Below are positions 50,390 to 63,160 of a DNA stretch of 64,000 nt, in pieces. The translations under genes and the position numbers were made by a program. This stretch comes from Camelus ferus. Taxonomy: Eukaryota. Under the pieces are notes generated by a model. That model had not been told where the DNA came from, made no database searches, and saw nothing but the letters and a program-made list of their open reading frames with translations. The first letter of the stretch is position 1. Every line of letters begins with the position of its first letter. The stretch spans positions 86,492,001 through 86,556,000 of the forward strand of contig NC_045697.1 of assembly GCF_009834535.1 (NCBI RefSeq), given 5' to 3'.

Positions 50390-50683
50390 TAGGCATACCT
50401 CAGAGACATTGTGGGTTCAGTTCCAGAACACTGCAGTAAAGCGAGTACCATGAATTTTTTGATCTCCTAGTGCATATAAGTTAAGTTCATATTATACTGT
50501 AGACTATTAAGTGTCCAAAAGCATTATGTCTTTAAAAAAAAAACACCAATGCACTTACCTTAATTAAAAATAACACCATTGGAAAAATGGCACCATTAGA
50601 TTTGCTCAAGGTAGGATTGCAAAAACCTTCAATTTGTGAAAAACTCAACATCTGCAAAGCACAATAAAACGAAGTATGGCATA
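50390..50683 (-). mobile_element. Internally deleted Tigger1-type (TcMar) DNA transposon
   Basis: Both termini recognisable: ta|taggcatacctcagagacattgtgggttcagttccaga... and ...gcaaagcacaataaaacgaagtatggca|ta (degenerate TIR CAGGCATACCTC, TA target). Confidence 0.8.
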
Positions 50684-51320
50684 TTAGCATCTGATTGAGT
50701 CCATTTATTAAGGAGGATTTGACTTGTATCCAAACTTCAAGGTGTAGTTTACTCCCAATTAACATTTTATAATCAGTCTTAAGAATTAAAAAAAAGCAAA
50801 CGGTCATCTGTTCAGATTAATTTGTACACTAGCAATTTGGTCAAAAGAGCTTCAGTCTGATCTTCTCTGCCCTAGCTTTTTTGAAGATATGATAAAAACA
50901 AGTAATGAGTGAGGATTTGAGAGTTTATAAAATGAGTTATTAATGCAGTAGCCTTTTAAAATTTTTAATATAAAGGAAATTACATCTTTAAAGGACTTGA
51001 TTATGAACAATATGGACATAAATATCTTTAACATTCTGAATCATGTAAATGTCTACATATTTACTGCTAAAAGATAGTTCCCCAAATATTTAGAGTTTTT
51101 AAAAATGATACCATTTTATAAATACATTTTGGTTAATGTATCATGTGTCTATTTGAAAAACTAGGACATTAAACATAAAATTCTTTTAAGTGTCAAATAA
51201 TACTGGTATATGTAGACTGAAATCAAAATTGACTGTACTGTTTGAAGTCCAATGGGAAATCTTTTAACCATCTAGTTCCTAAAAGCTTTTTTTTTCCTTT
51301 TGGCTTCCCACACTTTCCAG

Positions 51321-51522
51321 CCATCACAGATCAAGTTCAGCTGTTTACCAGTGTCCAGAGTGGAATGCATGTTAAAGCTGCCATCCCTGGACTTGGTGTT
51401 TTCTTCAAACCGAGGAGAACTAGAGACTTTAGGGACGGCGTGCCCTGCAGAGACCTTCCCCCCCGGAGCTAACGCTGCTCAGAGTGGAATGAAGACTTGT
51501 GCAGGCAAAACTGCAACGCCAG
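51321..51522 (+). CDS. BLTP1: BLTP1 coding exon (window exon 28)
   Basis: ttccag|CCATCA...ACGCCAG|gtgcgg; PSQIKFSCLPVSRVECMLKLPSLDLVFSSNRGELE...GKTATP; phase 0->1. Confidence 0.92.
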
Positions 51523-52114
51523 GTGCGGAAACAGCCTTTGCTTTACCAGTAATTGATGTATAGTCGCAAGTAAATATGGAAAAGGAGAATGTTTGAGAAT
51601 TAGAGTATTTATAGACAAAAACTATAGTAGATCTAAGTTTTGAGTGTATTTTGTCACAAGGGAACGGCAGTTGTATAGCGTTTTGCTGTTGGCTTGAATG
51701 TGCGTACTACAAGTGCTGTGAAGCGTGAATGATGATATGGTCAGGTACTTTTGAATGTTTTATTTTATGCTATATTTTTACATTTAAGAGTAATCAGTGT
51801 TACATACAATAAATAAGAGATGTATTATCTTGTAAGCATTTCTTACCACACTGAATTAAAATTGTATCAAATATATAGTTTTTAACGGTAAATTTTGTTA
51901 TCTAACTCAAATGTCTGTTTCATAAAAGGTTTAGTTTTTAAAACAGAGGCTCTGATGATTTTTTGATGAGATAGTCACTCTTCACTATATTAAAACTCAG
52001 TGTCATTTCTGCCCTAAAAATCATATAGAGGTCACAAATGCCAGTAATAAGATTTTACTGGGTATTTTTGATGAGAGAACTGATAAGAGAACTGACATTA
52101 AAATAGCAGTTCTT

Positions 52115-52281
52115 GGGGGAGGTTTTAGCTCAAGAGGCAGAGTGCATGCTTAGCATGCACGAGGTCCTAGGTTCAATCCCCGGTTACCTCCATTAAAAAT
52201 AAGAACAACTAAATAAACCTAATTACCTACCCCTTCAAATAAATACATACGTACATACATACATACATAACTAACTAACTA
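52115..52281 (+). mobile_element. tRNA-Ala-derived SINE, Vic-1-like, with (TACA)n/(TAAC)n tail
   Basis: GGGGAGGTTTTAGCTCAAGAGGCAGAGTGCATGCTTAGCATGCACGAGGTCCTAGGTTCAATCCCC...ACCTCCATTAAAAATAA; same family as the copy at 32956. Confidence 0.85.
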
Positions 52282-53454
52282 ACAATGGTTAACCAGGGGC
52301 GATTCTGTCCTGAGGGGATATTCAGCAATGTGGAGAAACGGTTAAAGCAAAACATTTGCTCTGCTCTGTGAATCTCTGAAAGTTTTCACAACAAAACAAG
52401 AAAACAAAAAGTTGATATTTTAGAAACATAGTTTTTGCCAATGCCACTGCTCACTGTTTTGCACTTAGCTCCAAAATATTGCTGTTGAAATTGTGTTGTA
52501 GCCAACATATTGAAGTGGCATTGCTGGTTTTTGAAAACATTTTTCTGGTTATAAAATTAACACATAGTTCATTACAGGAAATACAGAAAACAGAAAAGTA
52601 CTAAAAATGAAAATAATACCTCTTTATCATAGATAACCAGTATTATCATTTCCTACCTGCTCTCCAGCATTTTTGTGGCAATACAGTCTTTTTCCCAAGC
52701 AAAATTGAAAGATGGTCTCTTCTGCTATATAACTTTAAAAAGTTTTAAATATAAGTTTTCCCAAATTATTAAATATTTAATATCTAAGATAACTTTAATG
52801 ACTGCATGATATTCCATTATTTTGATCATATATTTGAAATTTCCTGGACTTTTTTTATTTTGTAAATAATATTGAGATGAATATCTTTGTATATAGACAT
52901 TTTAAAACATCCTTAGGATAAATTCTTAAAAGCGTAATTCCTGAGTCAGAGTGTGTGAACATTTTTAAGGTGTTTGGTAGGTTTTACTCTCTAGTAAGAT
53001 GATAAGATTTCTGCCATCTTCACCACAGTGTGTGGACTCCACACTGTATTCTTCCCAACATTGTGCTTTAAATTTATTTTCAGTCATTGCTAATGTGGAC
53101 TAAAATGGGATTTTATCATTTTAATTTATATTGCTACTTTATTGGCTATTTGAGGGAGGGGGATAAATATGTCCGTGCCCATTTCTCTGTTGGGATATTC
53201 ACTTTTTTCTTAAGGGCAAATGTTACAAATTATTAACACTTAAATTATTATAGCAGTGTATATGCACTATGGTAGGAATACGTAGTGAAAGGAATATAAA
53301 ATGAGCAGTTATTTTTTATGCCCACATTTATTTTAGGAAATAAAAAAGTGAAACAGCACCCATCATTTTATCATCATAAAACATGCAAGAAGGAATGATG
53401 ATGAGAATAAATGTATTAGAACTGTGGGTTATGATAATGTCTATTCTTTTAAAG

Positions 53455-54310
53455 GATCTTTATTGAGCTTTACTGAGTTCTGGATCAGTGCTAAGGGTTG
53501 GATGTACTGTAGTGAACTTAGCAGACATGGCCGCTGCTAGTGTGGAACTTCAGTTGCATTTGGAGAAACAGATAGTAAGGAAACAAGTATATTTTAAGTG
53601 GAAACATGAAGTAGGTGAGTGTGAGTTAGCCAAGCAGAGAGTTGGGGGAATAAACACTCCAGGTACAGAGTTCAAAATGTATGAAGCAGGAAAGAATCTG
53701 GCAACTTTGAAAAAGAAAAAAAAAAGTATAAGTGGAGCATGGTGAACTAAGGGTATACTGGCATGAGCAAGATTTCGATAGATAAGAAAGAGCCAGATCA
53801 TGCAGGGAAGCCACTGAAAGCTTCAGTAGGAAAGTGGACGTGATTATGATGTACACTTCTAGAACACTAGTCCAACTGCAGTGTGACAGTTGATTGAAGG
53901 AGAACAAGAATGGAAGGAAACAGAGTAGTTGGTAATTTCAGCAGCTCACAACTGATCATTGCTTAGGCTGGAATAGCAATGGTAAGATGGAGGGAAATGG
54001 ACAGACTTGATATATGTTACTAGAAATGATACGGTGATAAATTTCATAATAGGAAGTTAGAAGTGAGAAGGAGGACAAACAACTCCTAGGTATCTGGTTG
54101 AGCTATTTGCATGGAAGTGTTACTGGAGATGGGAAATACTGGAAGAGTAGCAGATTGGGGGAAAAGATCAAGAGTCTAGTTTTGGACTTGGTAAGCTTTA
54201 AACCTGTGACCTGCTCTAATGGGATGTTGCAATATATGAATATATGTTGCAATATATGAATCCAAAGGAAGTCTGGTCTAGAGATATGTGTTTTAGAATC
54301 ATCAGCAAAG
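53455..54310 (-). mobile_element. L2 LINE fragment
   Basis: tttattgagctttactgag...cagtgctaagg; gagccagatcatgcagg; tggagatgggaaatactggaagag...gatcaagagtctagttttggac; purine-rich on plus strand. Confidence 0.75.
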
Positions 54311-54340
54311 TCATCTAATTCTCTGTTTAGATGGTCTCAT

Positions 54341-54680
54341 ATTTTTTAATTTAATTTAATTTATTTGTTTTATTTTTATTGTAGTATAGTCAGTTTACAG
54401 TGTGTCAGTTTCTGGTGTACAGCATGTTTCAGTCATACAAATACATACAAATATTCGTTTTCATATTCTCTTTCATTATAGGTTACTACAAGATATTGAA
54501 TATAGTTTCCTGTGCTATACAGAAGAAGCTTGTTTATCTATTAGTAACTGCAAATCTCAAAACTCTCAATTTATCCCTTCCCACTCTCTTTCCCCCTGGT
54601 AACCATGTTTGTTTCTATGTCTGTGAGTCTGTTTCTGTTTTATAAATAAGTTCACTTGTGTCTTTTTTTTTAGATTTCAC
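54341..54680 (-). mobile_element. Younger artiodactyl/camelid-type L1 3' end, antisense, 5'-truncated, inserted next to L2
   Basis: T-rich tail then tttttattgtagtatagtcagtttacag...ttctggtgtacagca...gatattgaatatagtttcctgtgctatacag...ggtaaccat...gtctgtgagtctgtttctgtttt. Confidence 0.8.
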
Positions 54681-55159
54681 ACTGTATTTTTTATTTTTAT
54701 AGCATATTTGGAATTCACCTATCCGTGGTGAAGAGAAAGAGATCTTTAACTTTGTGCATTTGTGTACCTGGCTCTATTTCCATTGTTCCTATGGAAATAT
54801 GGAGTCCTGCTGTATGATTTGAATTTTTTACAGTTCGTTCTCCTCCCTTTCTGCTTAAAACCCAGCTATTTTGTACCTCTTTGACTGCCTGCTTCCAATA
54901 GAACAAAGGAGAAAAGAAACAGGAAACCATGGAGTTGGCCAGTCATATGAACAAATAATTGTTTCAAAGATGAACAGAATATTTCCAATTAATTTCCTAA
55001 GTCCTCACTTGCATTTCAGGATTTAAATCTATTGATCAGTTAATGTTTGACTTTCATTTTATTTGCAAGTCATATTTGGTTCTTGAGACTATACTAGTGA
55101 CAGGTTTTTTAAATTTTCTGTAGCTTATAAATATTTTGGATTTTTTGTGTTCACTGTAG

Positions 55160-55360
55160 GTTCATCTGGATTAGGCAGCCCTCTTGGCAGAAGTCGGCAC
55201 AGCAGTAGTCAGTCAGACCTGACCAGCTCCAGCAGCAGTTCATCGGGTTTGAGCTTCACTGCGTGCATGTCTGACTTCTCTCTTTATGTATTTCATCCAT
55301 ATGGAGCAGGGAAGCAAAAAACTGCTGTCTCTGGCCTTACACCTGGATCAGGAGGATTAG
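55160..55360 (+). CDS. BLTP1: BLTP1 coding exon (window exon 29)
   Basis: ctgtag|GTTCATCT...GGATTAG|gtatac; SSGLGSPLGRSRHSSSQSDL...SDFSLYVFHPYGAG...GSGGL; phase 1->1. Confidence 0.94.
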
Positions 55361-56115
55361 GTATACTTAGCATGTTTGCATCTTTTTCAGATTTATAGCA
55401 TCTTTTCAAGCTTTGATCCTTGTAGAAATCATGATACCTTTAATAATAGATATAAAACAAGATCAGAAACTTTATTTTTCTTCTTGATACTTTCTATCCT
55501 GTCTCTAAGTAATAAGTAGAAATATCAAACAAGTAATGCAGATAAATTAATTATATAGGAAATTTAGAACTCAGAATATTTTATAAGTGATATATACTGT
55601 ACAGTCTCTTTGGATATAAGAAGTTACTTATGTTATTTAAATGTTTCACTAAATCACTTCCTATTTGTATAAAAAATTATATTCTATGAACTGTAAATTT
55701 TTAGAGTGTACATCATGTTTCTTAATTTAAAACTCAAATTCCACTGGCATTTTAGAGTGCAGATTTACCACTAAAACTGTATAAAAAGTTGATATTAGTG
55801 AATGTCTCTTCACTTATATAGATAAATAATAAAGACACACTCCATGTCAATTCTAGTTTTTATTGGAGAGATGTTGCAAAAATCATCAATTATGCTTATG
55901 GGCTTGCACCTATTAAACTATTGTTAGGAATTCCTAATGCTTATTAGGTCATTCTGCTTAAATTTTTACCTCACTTAAGTGATTTTAATTGATGGCATAT
56001 TCTAGTCTATTCGATAAATTCATGTAACTAGATAGTTGTGTATATAATGTATGAATATATATATGTGTATGTATGTGTGTGTTCATGTGTCTGTGTTTTG
56101 TTTTGTTTTTTAAAG

Positions 56116-56295
56116 GAAATGTGGATGAAGAACCCACTTCAGTCACTGGTCGAAAAGATTCACTCAGTATAAATCTCGAGTTTGTGAAAGTGAGTTTGTC
56201 TCGGATAAGGCGTTCAGGAGGTGCCTCGTTTTTTGAAAGTCAGTCTGTAAGCAAGTCTGCAAGCAAAATGGACACTACACTAATAAATATATCTG
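56116..56295 (+). CDS. BLTP1: BLTP1 coding exon (window exon 30)
   Basis: ttaaag|GAAATGTG...ATATCTG|gtattc; NVDEEPTSVTGRKDSLSINLEFVKVSLSR...TLINIS; phase 1->1. Confidence 0.94.
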
Positions 56296-56889
56296 GTATT
56301 CAATTTTATAGTTTTTAACTAAAATATTGTTTTCCAGAATTAAACAAGGGCCTCCTTTTTAAGTGTTTAAATATTAAATATGTTTAATAATATTGTTTAT
56401 GAAAAATTGATTTAACGGAGAGAATTAACAGTCCAGCCAAGTACTATCTCAGTCCAGGTAATCAGTGTTAGAAATAGGATTTCTAGATAAATACATAGAA
56501 ATATCACCTAAGGGCCAAAATATGCCTAATTAAATTACTGAGCTGCTTCTTTACTTCTCTACCATGAATTGGTAAAATTTCTGACTTTGTTTGATTTTTA
56601 AATTATAAATTCTTAAAACACTAAGGAGGAATGAGTATTGAAGATTTTTTCCTTGGTGTCATCAGATCTTGAGTTGTGTGCATGTGCATCACTAGCTTTA
56701 TAACTAGTTACGTAACTGTGAGCAGATCCCTTCCTCATTTTCTTTACATTGTGATATGAGTATTTAGAATTAGATACATGTAGAACATTTTGCAGAATTT
56801 AGAGTACTATGTGAGTGAAAACTTTAAAAATTATTAATCAAACAAATACAGTAAGTACCCTCAACCCACTCAACACAGTATCTGTTTGG

Positions 56890-58090
56890 TCAGTGAACAA
56901 ACATACATTGAGCCTGTATTTTACAGTGAACTTGTGCCAGTCACTCTGCTAGGTGCTTGAAGGTGCAGGCATGAATAAGGCAAGGTCTTGTTAGTGTACA
57001 GATAAATTACACTGCAGTGTGATAAATCCTATAATGGAATTTACTTAATGAAGAGGAAGCAATTAAATTTTGATCAGAGAAGGCTTCACAAAGGAAATGA
57101 TATTTGGGCCAGATCTTCAAAATTATGTAGGAATATTCTTGGCTATAGCAATGTGGTATTTAATGGCATAGAAGCATCAAAAAATATGCTTTTGGTTCAT
57201 ACTTTGATTCAGTGAGACTGAAGCACAGGTATAACTGAACATTTAGTTAGTTGTAAAAAGTAGGTGGGTTCCAGGGGGAGAGGGGAGTTGGCCAGAGGTA
57301 AAGCTGGTAAAACAGATTCAGGACATGATCGTGGGGAGACTCGAATGCCAGGCCAAAAACAGGGTTCTGATCTTTTGGGCAGTGAGAAGCCTTTAGAGGT
57401 TTTTAAGAAATAGGATGACAACATTGTCCCTAAAGATGACAATACTGTATTGTATACTTAAAAAAAAAAACAAAACAAACAAACCCTGTTAAGATTGTAG
57501 ATCAAATGTTAAGTGTTCTTACCACAAAAATAACCAGAATTATATATGGATTATAAAATAATCTGTTTACATTAAAAAAAGGAATGATGCTTCAGATTAA
57601 TGTTTTAGGAAGAGACTTGATAGTAGAATGAAAAATGGGAGCGGAACAATACTTGAGAAGTCTGTTGAAATAGACTAAATAATAGGGTCTTGGAATTGTG
57701 ATGGTAGAAAAAAGAGAAAAGGGAATGGTTTTAAGAGGAGTAAGAGAATCCCAAAGTTTAAGGACAAATTGTATGAGGAGCAGTAGAGGAGACAAGGATG
57801 CCTCCAGCTTTTTAGTTAGGTGACTGAAGGGACATTGAGGTCATTAACTTAGAAAATAAAGGAAGTGCCTAAAGGACATTGAGGGGGAAGGGCCCTGTTG
57901 GCAGTTGGCTGATGGACTGTGTGGATATGGGCTCAGGCTGGAATAGAAACTTTAGGTTTGGGAGACATTGGTGTGTAAGAAGAGAAGCTGTGGTGGAGGA
58001 GGGCAGAGCACATACAGCAGGGGCAGCAGAGTGCTCAGAGCAGAACTCCAGGAGACGGCCATCAGAAGCTTTCAGACTGACAAGTTGCTG
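56890..58090 (-). mobile_element. L2 LINE fragments interrupted by a short L1 3' end (about 57438-57533)
   Basis: gtgccagtcactctgctaggtgct...; gggcagtgagaagcctttagaggttttaag; internal aatactgtattgtatactt...gtagatcaaatgttaagtgttcttaccacaaaaa. Confidence 0.65.
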
Positions 58091-58494
58091 CTTTTTGTCT
58101 AAAAGGAAAACTGTAGGTCTTGCCATACAGGTTTGCAGCTACTTTTGAGGAAGTATGTATTCCAGCTCATTCAGATTCAGTTCCCATATTTGAGAGTTGA
58201 AGCTGGAAGCTCTAAGACCCTCTGAGAATTTCAAGATAAAGTGATAATAGAATTCCAGGTTGCCCTCCTCACCTCAAAAATGGAAATGGAACTAACAGTG
58301 CTAGAATATACTATTTTTATTATTTGTGGGAGGCACACATTATCACTTACTAATCATACTGTGTAACTTATTTTGGTATTTCATGAATTGTTACTGAATT
58401 TTAATTCAGTTGTGTAATATTATGTCATATTATACCTTATGAAAATATTAAAGGTTTTGGTCATCTGTTCTAACAAATTTTATATATGCCTCAG

Positions 58495-58632
58495 CTGTTT
58501 GTGATATAGGGTCTGCTTCCTTCAAATATGATATGCGCCGACTCAGTGAAATTCTGGCGTTTCCAAGAGCCTGGTATAGGAGAAGTATTGCAAGACGCCT
58601 GTTCCTCGGAGACCAAACTATAAATTTGCCAA
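58495..58632 (+). CDS. BLTP1: BLTP1 coding exon (window exon 31)
   Basis: cctcag|CTGTTTGT...TTGCCAA|gtaagt; VCDIGSASFKYDMRRLSEILAFPRAWYRRSIARRLFLGDQTINLP; phase 1->1. Confidence 0.95.
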
Positions 58633-59333
58633 GTAAGTTTGTTATGTAATTATAAATTATATTTGGGCTGCTTTTAATTTTGGTTACAGTCGTTAAAAGA
58701 TCCACGATTGATAACACAAACTTTTTCTTACTTGATAAGTTGTACCATGCTGTTCATTCACTCATTGAGCAAATATCTATTGAGCCCCTTTAATGTGCTA
58801 ACCACTGGTAATGCAGTATTATTGGAGGTCACAAAATGCTCTCTCAGGGATTAAGCTCAGTTGATTTTTATTCTGTGATTACTCTGTAATCTTTGCAAAA
58901 TCTAGAAGTGCAGAAATACATTTAACCAAGTTAATCATGGTTCATTAAGCATGGAAAACAAAATGTTGGGGATGTGCTACCATACTGCATTTTTTCTCTT
59001 GGACTTAGATATTGTTGTAGTATTACATTAATAAGTGAAAGGTAGACTTAATGACATAGTTGAAGATATCAGAAATCTGGGCCTCAGTCTATTCTCTCAT
59101 CTGTAAAATGGGAACAGAAGTTCCTGTCCTGCCCTTCTCATGGAGCTTCAGGGAGAATGAAATAAAATGACATGCTGGATTTTACTTTGCAAACTGTACA
59201 CTGCTGTATAGTTGTCAGGTGGAGAACTGGAAGGACTGTATAATGTGATTACAGAAATGGTGGAGTGGCAAAATTTTATAATATGGTGATTTTACCCTGT
59301 TAATTTTGTTTTTGTTTTCTGCTTTTCTATTAG

Positions 59334-59591
59334 CATCTGGCCCAGGGACACCTGATTCCATTGAAGGTGTAAGCCAGCACCTTTCCCCTGAATCATCAAG
59401 AAAAGCTTACTGCAGGACCTGGGAACAGCCTAGTCAGTCAGCCTCCTTCACCCACATGCCTCAGTCACCTAATGTGTTCAATGAGCATATGACAAACAGC
59501 ACCATGTCACCAGGGACAGCAGCACAGAGCCTAAAATCCCCAGCTTCCGTAAGATCACGGAGTGTGTCTGATTCTTCAGTTCCCCGAAGAG
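59334..59591 (+). CDS. BLTP1: BLTP1 coding exon (window exon 32)
   Basis: tattag|CATCTGGC...CGAAGAG|gtaaca; SGPGTPDSIEGVSQHLSPE...SDSSVPRR; phase 1->1. Confidence 0.94.
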
Positions 59592-60497
59592 GTAACAGTG
59601 ATTCCTTCATTATCAGTAGCCCTTGGAGGCCCCCAAAATAAAAATCTTAATTAGTTACTCCCAGATTTCTGCCCCAGCTAAAGGGAGATAAACTCTTGCA
59701 GGTTTTTAGGGAAGACGAAGGAGAGGGGGACAGGTAAATCCCAAACCAGACAATAAATACTTCACAGTATTTGCCAGCAGAAGGGACATCTGGATGGCTA
59801 GTAGCTTTGAAAAGGGATAGGGAGGGAGAGGGGAATGAGCATATTGTTAGCATGCTCCATATGGTACAGCTATTTTTAGAAGTAAAATAAACCTACAATG
59901 TCGTAAAAGATATTTGATACTGAAAAAGTTAATCTTGACGTTCATTCAGTCATTCTTTTATTCAGCCAGTATTTTTTGAACATTCTTATATGCTCAATAC
60001 TCTACTTGTGTCTAAGCATATAAAAATGATGTAGTTCATGGCACAAGGTAAGAGTGGAGTATAATGAGCAAATGCAGGATTCAAGATATACAGAGTCCAT
60101 AAGAACACAGAAGACAGGCACCCCAGCCAGCCTCTGCGTTTCAGAATGGTACCTGCCTCCGAAGTTTTCTTTTTGGCAGCAGCAACTTAATGATTTCCTC
60201 CTTTGTTAAGAAAATTTTAGAGTGATGAATGATCTGTATCCCATGCACACCAGAATTTCCTCATATAAAATGGAGGTCATATAGAACTTTATGTGTTTTC
60301 AAGAAGTAGGGCTGGCAACCTTAATAAAAATGCAATAAGTACTTATTTTAGAGGCAATATAACAGCTATTAACTGATAGGTTTTAACACAAGAATATCAT
60401 AATTTTACTGTTTGGATTATTGATAAGAGTAGTTTCTGCTTTGTAATTGGCTGAGCATCTATCTGAATGAACGTACATTTGATTTTTCTGTTTTTAG

Positions 60498-60648
60498 ATT
60501 CGCTTTCAAAAACATCAACTCCTTTTAACAAATCAAACAAAGCAGCAAGCCAACAAGGGACCCCATGGGAAACACTTGTCGTGTTTGCTATCAACTTGAA
60601 GCAATTAAATGTTCAAATGAATATGAGTAATGTAATGGGAAATACAAC
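60498..60648 (+). CDS. BLTP1: BLTP1 coding exon (window exon 33)
   Basis: ttttag|ATTCGCTT...ACAAC|gtaagc; SLSKTSTPFNKSNKAASQQGTPWETLVVFAINLKQLNVQMNMSNVMGNT; phase 1->2. Confidence 0.95.
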
Positions 60649-61049
60649 GTAAGCTATTCAGATACAAAGAAAATATATTTAATCATTAGTTTTAATTTTT
60701 CTCATATTGTAAAGCAATTCAAAACCTTTTTTTAATACTGAAATGTTTGAGACAGTAAAAACAGCAGATAAGATATAAATTGCTTTATCTTGAAAGTAGT
60801 TTCACCTTAAAGATACTGTAATATAAAACAGCATGAAATGTTTTCTAAAAAAACCAGAAAATTTTAAGAAAAATAGCATGATTTTCTAGTTAAGAAGAAA
60901 GCTTTATCATGTAAACGTTTACCACAGTTTTTAGAAGAAATGTATTGTTTCATCATCCAACCTTTTTGAAATCATCTAACTCCTGTTTTATTTAATTCAT
61001 GACATTGGAAGCCATATGTCTAATTAATAACCCTTTTTCTTTTTTACAG

Positions 61050-61207
61050 TTGGACAACTAGTGGTTTGAAGAGCCAGGGCCGTCTGTCAGTAGGAAGTAA
61101 CCGAGATAGAGAGATAAGCATGTCTGTTGGTCTGGGAAGATCACAGTTAGATTCTAAAGGAGGAGTAGTTGGAGGGACCATAGATGTCAATGCTTTGGAG
61201 ATGGTTG
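61050..61207 (+). CDS. BLTP1: BLTP1 coding exon (window exon 34)
   Basis: ttacag|TTGGACA...ATGGTTG|gtatgt; WTTSGLKSQGRLSVGSNRDREISMSVGLGRSQLDSKGGVVGGTIDVNALEMV; phase 2->1. Confidence 0.94.
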
Positions 61208-61324
61208 GTATGTTGAAATTTTACAACTGAAAAATGTATTTTAAAAAAATATTTGAAAATTGATTTTGATGAGTTTTTCCCATTAGGCATTTCTGTGACT
61301 AGTAATTTATTGTTTCTATATTAG

Positions 61325-61517
61325 CTCATATTTCTGAACATCCAAATCAGCAACCCAGTCACAAAATTCAGATTACTATGGGTTCTACTGAAGCTCGTGT
61401 TGATTACATGGGCTCAAGTATCCTCATGGGCATCTTCAGTAATGCTGATCTCAAGCTTCAGGATGAATGGAAAGTAAATCTGTATAATACACTGGAGTCA
61501 AGCATGACTGATAAAAG
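61325..61517 (+). CDS. BLTP1: BLTP1 coding exon (window exon 35)
   Basis: tattag|CTCATATT...GATAAAAG|gtattt; HISEHPNQQPSHKIQITMGSTEARVDYMG...SSMTDK; phase 1->2. Confidence 0.94.
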
Positions 61518-61727
61518 GTATTTAGTAAACACTTTTTCAATACTTTACGTGACTGTCCTTAACCTGTTTTCTATCATCTAGTGAGAAACCACAAACCATG
61601 TTTCCTGCAAAATGACTTTATATCATACAATTAATATGAATGAAAAGCTGTTGGGAAGAGAATTTTTCTTGTGCTTTTAAACCGTCTTCTATAAGATGTA
61701 TGATAAAGACTCTGTTTTATGCTTTAG

Positions 61728-61945
61728 TGAAATTTTTGTCCATGGAGATTTGAAGTGGGATATTTTCCAAGTAATGATATCAAGATCAACTACACCGGAC
61801 CTGATAAAAATAGGAATGAAGCTCCAGGAATTTTTCACCCAGCAGTTTGACACCAGCAAACGAGCTCTGTCTACCTGGGGACCAGTTCCTTATCTTCCAC
61901 CTAAGACAGTGACTAATAACCTAGAGAAAAGTTCACAAGAACAAT
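61728..61945 (+). CDS. BLTP1: BLTP1 coding exon (window exon 36)
   Basis: ctttag|TGAAATT...GAACAAT|gtaaga; EIFVHGDLKWDIFQVMISRSTTPDLIKIGMKLQEFF...EKSSQEQ; phase 2->1. Confidence 0.94.
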
Positions 61946-62409
61946 GTAAGAGTTAGAAGACTAAGACTTTATACATGCTTTATCTTTCACTAAGTATGTG
62001 TTATGATCTTAATTTAAAACAGTATCTATATACTTACAGAGTGATCCATATGCTCTTTATCCTTCTCACTCAGCAAAGTGCCTGATTTTCTACCCACCAG
62101 TGGAATTAGAGGTCATCATTTGGGAAGTCATTCATTTATTATCTCCTTCCCCTGCCACAGCTCATCTACAACCATACCATTACTACAAATTGCATCACGA
62201 CATTACAAATGAATCATATTATTGCAAATTACAACTAATGATAATATTTTCTTTGTATCTGAATAGCTTACATTCTATTTCTCATTACATTACTCATACT
62301 CACTTGAATGTTTAATACATACAACCATAATCCATGCTCTTGAATACAAATTATGATAATTCCACGTTCTGGTGGAATTATGAGTGATGTCATATTAGAC
62401 AGATTCTTG

Positions 62410-63160
62410 TTTTCACTCAGTAACTTAATCAGCAAACATTTATGCATCAACCATGTTCTTAAGTACTATTTTAGGCATAGGGGATCTACTAGTGGACAAA
62501 GTTCCTACCTTCATAAAGCTTACATTTTAATGGGACAGACAGACCATAACTAATTTACTGAGTAAGTATGTAAGATACTTTGAAGTCGAGAGAAGTTCTG
62601 AGAGGAAAAAAAAAAAAAGCAGGGAGGATATAGAGAATGATAGCATGTGAGGATAGCTATTTTAGAAAGAGTGGTCAGGGAAACCTTTTCTGAAGTGAAA
62701 GAGCTAGGCTAAAATCTGGGGGAAGAGAGTTCTGGGCATAGTAGGCTATTGAAGTGTGCAAAGTTCTTACAGTCAGGAGGAAACTTGCTTGCTTTAGGAT
62801 CAGAAAGGTGGCCCACTTTGGTGGAACAGAGTGAGAAAGCAGGAAAATGTTGGAAAGAATTCATAGAGAAAAGCCACAGGTAAGATTTTTAATATGATGG
62901 GTAACTTGGAGAGTTTTGAACAGATTTGATATTGATTTACTTTTTTAAAAAATAGTCCTTTTTAAAGCATCACTCTGGCTGCTGTGTGGGGAATTTACTA
63001 AGGTGGTTAAGAATGAAAGTAAGGAAACCACTAAAATAATTATCATTACCATTGTTACACACATAGTTACATTACCATTGTAAACAGGACATTCTGAGAG
63101 TACAGGCAACAGATGATGGTGGCTTTAACTAGAGTGATACACGTAAAAGTGAAAAGTCAG
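62410..63160 (-). mobile_element. L2 LINE fragment
   Basis: cagcaaacatttatgcatcaaccatgt...actattttaggcatagggga; gtggtcagggaaacctttct; catcactctggctgctgtgtgg; gatgatggtggctttaactag. Confidence 0.75.

Larger units (their letters stand above)
2326..61945 (+). other. BLTP1: BLTP1/KIAA1109 gene body (partial; 36 internal coding exons, both ends outside window)
   Basis: Exons with canonical AG/GT ends join in consistent phase into one 6733-nt ORF. Peptides such as VVFKPLLS..., LEDFPTSPTSTAKQEFL, WETLVVFAINLKQLNVQMNMSNVMGNTTW and IGMKLQEFFTQQFDTSKRALSTWGPVPY match KIAA1109/BLTP1 as I recall it. Confidence 0.97.

Noticed and set aside
54224..54261. Direct repeat ATGTTGCAATATATGAAT x2 (similar small duplications near 52070, 63040, 63784)
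   Set aside because: Two-copy local slippage duplications, mostly within old repeats; no spacer array, not CRISPR-like.
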